A DNA stretch of 32,000 nucleotides from Geotalea uraniireducens Rf4. GTDB taxonomy: Bacteria; Desulfobacterota; Desulfuromonadia; Geobacterales; Geobacteraceae. The position numbers were made by a program, and so were the translations under genes. The first letter of the stretch is position 1, and each line of letters starts with the position of its first letter. Positions 15,996 through 21,882 of the stretch are shown piece after piece. Location of the stretch: NCBI RefSeq assembly GCF_000016745.1, contig NC_009483.1, forward strand, positions 4,860,001 to 4,892,000, written 5' to 3'. The notes under the pieces are model-generated. The model saw only the letters and a program-made list of their open reading frames with translations. It was not told the DNA's origin and did no database searches.

Positions 15996-18149
15996 TTATT
16001 TTGACAACCCTGAAGCACGCCCTCCGTTATTCTCCTGCCACTCCTGGTCACTGATGGCCTGTTGAGCCATTTTGCGCCAGACAGGATCGCTACCTTCCTT
16101 TACAATTCGATCCCACAGGACCTTGGCTTCTTTGTAATTCTTCTGGTGCAGATTCAGTTCACCCATCGTATAAAGAAACTGATCCCGCATCTCATTACCG
16201 GCAGTTTCAAGCCCGGTGCGATAGGCAACCATGGCTCCCCGGTAGTCCCCGACTTTTTTTCTGCCTGAGCCGACGGTAAAATATGCGTCACCGGCCAGTG
16301 GCGATGACATCCCGGCCTGCCGTAACCCATCAACATACCTGGTCAGGGTCATGTCAGCCCTTTTATAATCCCGCGAGGTTGCAAGCGCTTTCCCCAGGTA
16401 ATAATAGCTATTCAGAAATTCTGCCTTCACTCCCGGCTTGAAAAGCCAGGAAAGTTCGGCAACAACACCGGACATATCCTTTTTAAAAAAACTGATTTCT
16501 CCCAGATGCTCAAGCACATGGTGAGTATCTGGATGACGGGGGAACCTGATCAGGAAACTCCGGGCAGTCGCTTCGGCCTGGGGAATATCGTCCAGCGTCA
16601 CGGCGTTGTCGATAATCCGCCCATACATGAACGGGGCAGCGGACGCCGCCCATTCCCGCTCGGCAAGATAGTGTAACAACTCCAGCTCCGCGACAGGCTT
16701 GTGAATATCTGCAAATCCCTCTGACAGCCGGCGGATAAATTGATCGTCGGTAAAACATCGGGACAGATAATCGCGGTTTTGTTGCGCCAGCTTGACAACC
16801 CCCTCATAATCCTTTGCCGCATACCGTTCGCGGTAGACCTGCAAGAGCAGATCTTCGCGAATGCCCCGGGCAATAGCGACAAATATTCCCTGTGGATATA
16901 GCTTTTCATATTGACATATGGCGGCTAAAGCCGTTTCACTCTGACCATACAGCGATTCGAGGAACGCTGCCTTGAAATGGGCATCATCCCTGAGAAAGAC
17001 GTCACCCGAGGATTTGTAGATATCCTGATATATCCTCATCAAGGATTGATAATCTTCAAAGCCAACGAAAAATACCCGCCTGTCGGCCAGTTTCAATGCG
17101 GCGTGGTTGGCCGCCTTGCTTCCGGCAAAATTTTCCGCCACGGTCTTGTATATGGTAACGGCTTCCTTTTCCCTGCCGTTACGGGCCAGGATGTCGGCAA
17201 GGCGATCCAGTAGCATCGGTGCATAGGTTTTATCTGCCAACTGTGCAATCAAGCGAACCAGCAGCCGTCTGCCATCTGCCAGATTTCCCATGCGTGCAAT
17301 GCTGTCCGCGTAGTAAAAGGTTGCTGCGGGATTCAACGACAGATACTCAGGCCAGAGCCGCTCTCCTTCGCGAAAAGCCTTTAATGCCGGCTCATACCTT
17401 TCCAATAGATAGAGGGCCTCACCCTGGCGATAGGAAGCAAGCGCCCGCATCGGCGTATCCTTGTTGAGGAAATAGCTAAAAACCTCTACGGCCTCGGCAG
17501 CCTTTTCAGTGTAGAGAAAGCCTTCCCCTTTTTGAAAGAGGAGTACGTCTTCTCCGGCAATCACCTTCTGAAGCTGACGGCTATCAGTCGGGATAAATGG
17601 AATTTCGGCGCGCAACGGCGGATCAAACTCCCTGATCAGTTTCTCAGTCCCGCTCAATATCCGCTCCCGGCCAGGGACGATAGCAGGGGCATCCTGTTGC
17701 CCGGGAAAGGAGCCGACATCGACAGTCAGGACATTTTCCGCCTGGTCGAGGATTCGCACCCCCGTTATCGTGTTTTTCGCCGCGATGGCCACGTGTACAT
17801 CATTGCCGCGCTGGGAAAAAGCAACCCCCCCGATATGGGTGTCCGAATAGGAGTTGAACCTCCTGAAGCGTGGCGAGTCGGCACTCTTTAAGGTGAGTCG
17901 GATTTGATTCGGCAGTTGCGTCAGTGAATACGTGAAAAGGTTATCAAGCTTGAAGATAATGCGGGTGTAGCTCCCATGCCGATTGATTTCCACCCCCTGC
18001 AAACGGGTGAGGCCCTGCGCCATCGCTTCAGGAGCGACCATCAGGCACAAAACAAACCAACCCGCCCAAACTACGCGTAGTCTGGTGCGTTTCGACATAC
18101 GATCAAACCGGGTTGCTGCGGCTGTAATTAATAAGTCTGGAGATTCCAT
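15996..18149 (-). CDS. Secreted AMIN-like domain plus multi-TPR protein, first gene of the flgB transcription unit
   Basis: Signal-like segment RLRVVWAGWFVLCLMVAPEAMA, then a beta-rich AMIN-like segment (LQGVEINRHGSYTRIIFKLDN...IRLTLKS...VLTVDVG), then about 500 aa of TPR-like helical repeats (many A-x-x-x-Y/F-x-x-A/G patterns). The start is 18149 or ATG 18098. Domain calls are by eye. Confidence 0.65.
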   Translation of the reverse strand: MESPDLLITAAATRFDRMSKRTRLRVVWAGWFVLCLMVAPEAMAQGLTRLQGVEINRHGSYTRIIFKLDNLFTYSLTQLPNQIRLTLKSADSPRFRRFNSYSDTHIGGVAFSQRGNDVHVAIAAKNTITGVRILDQAENVLTVDVGSFPGQQDAPAIVPGRERILSGTEKLIREFDPPLRAEIPFIPTDSRQLQKVIAGEDVLLFQKGEGFLYTEKAAEAVEVFSYFLNKDTPMRALASYRQGEALYLLERYEPALKAFREGERLWPEYLSLNPAATFYYADSIARMGNLADGRRLLVRLIAQLADKTYAPMLLDRLADILARNGREKEAVTIYKTVAENFAGSKAANHAALKLADRRVFFVGFEDYQSLMRIYQDIYKSSGDVFLRDDAHFKAAFLESLYGQSETALAAICQYEKLYPQGIFVAIARGIREDLLLQVYRERYAAKDYEGVVKLAQQNRDYLSRCFTDDQFIRRLSEGFADIHKPVAELELLHYLAEREWAASAAPFMYGRIIDNAVTLDDIPQAEATARSFLIRFPRHPDTHHVLEHLGEISFFKKDMSGVVAELSWLFKPGVKAEFLNSYYYLGKALATSRDYKRADMTLTRYVDGLRQAGMSSPLAGDAYFTVGSGRKKVGDYRGAMVAYRTGLETAGNEMRDQFLYTMGELNLHQKNYKEAKVLWDRIVKEGSDPVWRKMAQQAISDQEWQENNGGRASGLSK

Positions 18150-18259
18150 ATTTAGTGGTCTTGATGCAAATTCGAGTAATTCTTCCCGTCAAAGAAAAGT
18201 TATTGGATCGATGAATGTTGACAGATTATTGGCCGGCATCCGTTTCACAGCTTTGTAAG

Positions 18260-18273
18260 GCAAAAGACGTGCC
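18260..18273 (-). promoter_or_regulatory. Putative sigma-54 (-24/-12) promoter for the AMIN/TPR-flgBC-fliEFGHIJ... operon
   Basis: The minus strand reads GGCACG-TCTT-TTGC against the consensus TGGCACG-N4-TTGCW, with correct GG-N10-GC spacing. It lies about 110 nt upstream of the ATG at 18149 in a 228-bp intergenic region. Confidence 0.6.
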
Positions 18274-18377
18274 GTTGAACGCAGTGCGTTAGAACGCACT
18301 CTGTCAAGGATTAAGAGAAACAGGGGGATTTGGGGAGGTCAAAAAAATGGTGACGGGCAAGGATTTATTGACGCCGG

Positions 18378-19412
18378 TTAAGCAGCATGGAGGAATCTTT
18401 TTACCTTTGCCATTAATTCTTCGGCGTCAATGGGTTTCATGATTATATCACTTGCCCCGTATTTAAGGGCCTTGAGTACGCTCGTGCGGGTCCATTCACC
18501 GGCACACATGATAATGGGAAGGGGCGCCTTTTTACTTTGTGCGTTTATTCTGTTACAGACAGCAAGGTCCCGTTCTCCCGTTTCAGCAACTTCGATTACC
18601 GCGACCTTAACCTCGGCATCGTTAAGCAGGTCATTAATATCCGCGCCTATAGGCGCATCAACAAGTTGCAAGCCTATGGAGGCGAGGCAATCTTTGACCA
18701 TCTGCCTCTCGTGCGAATCCTCGCTGAGGATGAGGATTGTCTCCGGTCGGGAGCCGGCTTTGGCCGCGTTGGCGGGATTTTCCCCCCCGTCATCGGCCGT
18801 TTCGGTCGTGGGCGCAGACTCAACCTGCTGCTCTTGCTGGGGATCAAAGAGATTGGCCAGGGCCAGCGGGACCATGATGTCGACAGAATGCATCTCCTGC
18901 CCCTCTGTCTCCAGAGGCGCGCGAAACATCAGGTAATCACCTTCGGGCAAGGGCTCTTCATTGGTGAGCTGATCAATTTCAGGGATAAACTTTTGCGGGG
19001 GGAGGAGTTTCAGGTGGACCTTATTAGGCAAGTTTGGCTGAAACACCGAATTGAACGAGCCGATGATCTGGTTGGCAATTTCTCCGAAGGCATCTATATC
19101 GTCATCGCCCATAATGCACAACCGTCTCTTTTCGGCAATCCTGGCAGGTGGGATACCGAGAAGAATACTGCTCATAACTATGGTGTCACCGAGGGAAAAG
19201 AGGAGATAAAACCGCCCCGGATACTCCTCTCTGGATTCGACGCCGACCACAAAAATCGCATCGTCCATATCGGTAAAGTAGCTCTGGCGATTGGTGTTCA
19301 GAAGCTCTGAGCCATTTACCGCAAGCGTCTGCCCCAATAGCATGCTGCTCTCTTCGCCGGCCTGTTTCAGTGCAGCATCGAGCATCTTTTTCAGTTCTTT
19401 GAACTCTGCCAT
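18378..19412 (-). CDS. CheX/CheC-like phosphatase domain fused to an atypical receiver domain (Glu at the phospho-acceptor position)
   Basis: The N-terminal half carries the CheC/CheX/FliY active-site motif D-x3-E-x2-N (DAFGEIAN) followed by Pro about 23 residues later. The C-terminal 120 aa aligns by eye to the adjacent CheY (ILILSED.., ..VAVIEV.., IIMCAGE, MKP). Confidence 0.7.
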   Translation of the reverse strand: MAEFKELKKMLDAALKQAGEESSMLLGQTLAVNGSELLNTNRQSYFTDMDDAIFVVGVESREEYPGRFYLLFSLGDTIVMSSILLGIPPARIAEKRRLCIMGDDDIDAFGEIANQIIGSFNSVFQPNLPNKVHLKLLPPQKFIPEIDQLTNEEPLPEGDYLMFRAPLETEGQEMHSVDIMVPLALANLFDPQQEQQVESAPTTETADDGGENPANAAKAGSRPETILILSEDSHERQMVKDCLASIGLQLVDAPIGADINDLLNDAEVKVAVIEVAETGERDLAVCNRINAQSKKAPLPIIMCAGEWTRTSVLKALKYGASDIIMKPIDAEELMAKVKRFLHAA

Positions 19413-19426
19413 ATCCAGCTCCGTTA

Positions 19427-19933
19427 CTACATCTCTTTTCTTAATTTAAGTCCTACGAGAAACCTTTCACCTTCATTGGTAAAAGGAATTATCACGCAAT
19501 TACTGTCGGACATGGAGTTGACCGTGTATTCTTCGCCCGAGATGACTGTCGGTATGGAAAGGTTTATATCAAGCCCTCCCTTTGAGAGAATCTGCTTGAC
19601 GTATCCGCCTAACATATTGGCAATCTCACCCAAAGCGTCGTTGACGTCTTCACCGACCTCATCCACCTCCATGCCGAGCATGTTGGAGGTAATTCGTAAG
19701 GCGAATGACCTGGGACAATGAATGGAGAGGATGCCGGTATAGGTCCCTGCGAGTCCGACCATGCCGGTAACGCTGCAATGAAACGTGGTGACCGGTTCAC
19801 GTAACGGATAGGAGTCTTCCAGGTCAAGCATCACCATCGTATTGAATACTTCCTTTGTGGCATGGATTACATAACCTGCCAGATCTTCTTCCTGCATATG
19901 GACGGATTCAGAAACAGCTAAATTCAAAGTCAT
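19427..19933 (-). CDS. cheX: CheY-P phosphatase CheX
   Basis: About 168 aa with the single D-x3-E-x2-N motif (DALGEIAN), Pro 22 residues downstream, and CheX-like size. The start overlaps the cheY stop (TGATG). Confidence 0.75.
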   Translation of the reverse strand: MTLNLAVSESVHMQEEDLAGYVIHATKEVFNTMVMLDLEDSYPLREPVTTFHCSVTGMVGLAGTYTGILSIHCPRSFALRITSNMLGMEVDEVGEDVNDALGEIANMLGGYVKQILSKGGLDINLSIPTVISGEEYTVNSMSDSNCVIIPFTNEGERFLVGLKLRKEM

Positions 19934-20295
19934 CACAGCATCCCTCCCAATTTTTCATTAAGCTGCTCAGGAGTGAACGGCTTTTTAATGCTGTCGCTGG
20001 CCCCATTGGTCATGGCCTCTTTCAGAACATCCTCGCCCCCTTCGGTGGTTATCATCACGATCGGCATCGTCTTGCCACTGGCCCGCACCTGTTTGATGAA
20101 TTCCAGTCCGTCCATGTTCGGCATATTGATGTCGGAAAGGATGAGGCCCACTGTTTTTTCCCCGAGAACACTGAGTCCTTCGATCCCGTCACCAGCCTCA
20201 TAGATATCATCCAGGACCAGTCCCGCCTGCCGCAATGATCGGGAAATAATTTTTCTCATGGTAGATGAATCATCGACAATTAACACGTTTGCCAT
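19933..20295 (-). CDS. cheY: Chemotaxis response regulator CheY (stand-alone receiver)
   Basis: 120 aa with VLIVDDS, LILSDINMPNMDG, VMITTEG and KKPF, so all canonical receiver residues are present. SD is AAGGAGGG. Confidence 0.9.
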   Translation of the reverse strand: MANVLIVDDSSTMRKIISRSLRQAGLVLDDIYEAGDGIEGLSVLGEKTVGLILSDINMPNMDGLEFIKQVRASGKTMPIVMITTEGGEDVLKEAMTNGASDSIKKPFTPEQLNEKLGGML

Positions 20296-20450
20296 TTTGC
20301 ACCCTCCTTATTTTTCTTTCGCACAATGAGTGTCATTTTTTTGAAAGCCGCCATCAACCCGGCCTTCATGCTCCAGGCTCTCTTCCCCATTTACCCCGGT
20401 TCAATCTGCCATAGATATCCCCTGATCGGCTTATTCATCAGATGTATATT

Positions 20451-20477
20451 TAATCGGTCGGCCAAGAGAAAACTTTA
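20451..20477 (-). promoter_or_regulatory. Putative sigma-28 (FliA) promoter upstream of cheY-cheX-cheX/REC
   Basis: The minus strand reads TAAAGTTT-N11-ACCGATTA against the consensus TAAAGTTT-N11-GCCGATAA. The -35 matches 8 of 8 and the -10 matches 6 of 8, with correct spacing. It lies about 155 nt upstream of the cheY ATG. Confidence 0.5.
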
Positions 20478-20526
20478 GGGTGCATGGCACGTCAGAAGAA
20501 ACCTTGAAAAAAAGTGGAGGATTCTG

Positions 20527-21606
20527 TCAATGACAGGCTCCCAGAGGAATGATGACCGAAAAGCAGCTGCCTTCGCCCTCCACACTTTCAACTTCGATCG
20601 TACCGCTGTGAGCTTCCACAATAGCTTTACTGATGGTCAGGCCAAGGCCGGTCCCTTTGAAGCCGGTAGCGGCAGAGGATCGAAAATACTTGTTAAAGAT
20701 CCGCGGCACATCTTTCTGCGGGATCCCGATCCCGGTATCTTTAACGGAAACAAAAACCTTATCCTCCCGCACTTCAGCAGTCACCGTGACTGAGCCGCGG
20801 CGAGGGGTAAACTTCAACGCATTGCCGATAAGGTTGGCAAAGACCCGTGAAAGCTGCTTGCCATCGACCTTGAGAGGAGGAATCCCCTCACTGATGTTAC
20901 AGGTAAGATTCGAACCGCGCGCCTGGGCTTCACGTAATCCGTCACAGCAGCACCCATCAAGCAGTGCGCCGATATCACAGACGGCACAATTAATCTGCAG
21001 GAGACCCACCTCCAGCCGGTAAGCGTCCAAGACGTCCTCTATCATGGCAAGAAGCTTTAGAGCGCTCCTGTCCATCTCCTTCAGACAAGGCTGAAGCGAA
21101 ATGTCGATCTTTTGCGGCATTTCCCCCTTCAGCGTCTGGACGTATCCCATCAAAACCGTCAATGGAGACTTGAGATCGTGGGTCATCATGGCAACTATCT
21201 CTTCGCGCTGCCTCTTTTCTTTCTTATCTTCGGTAACATCGCGCAACTCGAACATCTCTCCCAGTATTTCGCCGTCAGGAGCATATAATTCGGATGATTT
21301 GACGGTGATTACCGCACCGTCAATGCTCATCTCAACAGGAGTCTCGCTGCAATCTTCACTCAGAACCTTGTAAATAGCGGTGCGCAGCGGCAGCATATCA
21401 ACCCTTTTGCCCAGTACGGAACTGCCGGAGGCTTGCAGTATTGCCTCGGCCTTGCGGTTGATGAGTGTAAGTCGTCCGCTGGTCTCGACAAAGATCACGC
21501 CTATGCCTACGCTGTCCATAAGCATGCCGACAATAGCAGACCTATTGGAAAGAGAAAGAGCGTCCTCTTTTGGAGATCCCGTATGTGTCAATCCGCTTTT
21601 TTCCAT
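20527..21606 (-). CDS. Cytoplasmic PAS-domain sensor histidine kinase
   Basis: H-box MTHDLKSPLTVLMGY, N-box RVFANLIGNALKFT, G1 VKDTGIGIP, G2 GTGLGLTISK. The N-terminus is PAS-like (VGIGVIFVETSGRLTLINRKAEAIL). No TM segments. Confidence 0.85.
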   Translation of the reverse strand: MEKSGLTHTGSPKEDALSLSNRSAIVGMLMDSVGIGVIFVETSGRLTLINRKAEAILQASGSSVLGKRVDMLPLRTAIYKVLSEDCSETPVEMSIDGAVITVKSSELYAPDGEILGEMFELRDVTEDKKEKRQREEIVAMMTHDLKSPLTVLMGYVQTLKGEMPQKIDISLQPCLKEMDRSALKLLAMIEDVLDAYRLEVGLLQINCAVCDIGALLDGCCCDGLREAQARGSNLTCNISEGIPPLKVDGKQLSRVFANLIGNALKFTPRRGSVTVTAEVREDKVFVSVKDTGIGIPQKDVPRIFNKYFRSSAATGFKGTGLGLTISKAIVEAHSGTIEVESVEGEGSCFSVIIPLGACH

Positions 21607-21614
21607 AATGACTC

Positions 21615-21641
21615 TTATCGGTTATTGCCAGAAGATCTTTA
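21615..21641 (-). promoter_or_regulatory. Putative sigma-28 (FliA) promoter immediately upstream of the PAS histidine kinase
   Basis: The minus strand reads TAAA-N15-ACCGATAA against the consensus TAAA-N15-GCCGATAA, with a 7 of 8 match in the -10 and exact spacing. The -10 ends only 8 nt before the ATG at 21606. Confidence 0.45.
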
Positions 21642-21882
21642 GAATTAATTTATCCCCGAGCAGCTCCTTTCCCCTCCATAAAGCCAGTCTGTAGCTTATC
21701 TTGGAGCGCCCGGGCATGTGTTCGATCACTAATTCCACCGACATGACTATGAAAGCCTTTCATTTCTATTGGTTTCAGGCCCGAAAGATGGGCGACCCTT
21801 GCTTCGGCATATTTGATTGACACCCTTTCTGGGCCGTGATAGGTATGGAGAAACAGCTAGATAGCGCAACCCCAGAGGTTTT

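Noticed and set aside
18537-19310. 257-aa plus-strand ORF, and similar ORFs at 14188-14892, 29851-30495 and 22611-23237 (minus)
   Set aside because: All lie antisense within genes that carry strong family signatures (CheX-like/REC, FliF/FliE, MFP, MCP). None has a ribosome-binding site or a recognisable motif.
20296-20443. 35-codon upstream ORF (MGKRAWSMKAGLMAAFKKMTLIVRKKNKEGAKWQTC) in the cheY leader, overlapping the cheY start
   Set aside because: It has no SD and no recognisable features, and its only support is the presence of an ATG. It was not reported as a feature.
20824-20831. Perfect GCCGATAA on the plus strand with a TAAA upstream
   Set aside because: The spacing is 12 nt rather than 15. 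It lies antisense inside the histidine-kinase N-box coding sequence (LIGNALKF), and no plus-strand gene lies downstream.
21789-21845. Promoter-like sequences upstream of the MCP gene: TGGGCG..TTGC (sigma-54-like), and a perfect TTGACA (21817-21822) with TAGGTA 17 nt downstream
   Set aside because: The sigma-54-like element has GG-N9-GC spacing, one short. The sigma-70 candidate has a perfect -35 but only 2 of 6 matches in the -10 (a TG extension helps slightly). This is too weak to call, so the MCP promoter remains unassigned.
18150-21882. c-di-GMP (GEMM-type) or other riboswitches in the long leaders of the TPR/flgB operon, cheY operon and MCP gene
   Set aside because: I looked for the conserved GGCAAACC...GGGACGCAAAGCC-type cores and found none. 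A covariance-model scan would be needed to exclude them fully.
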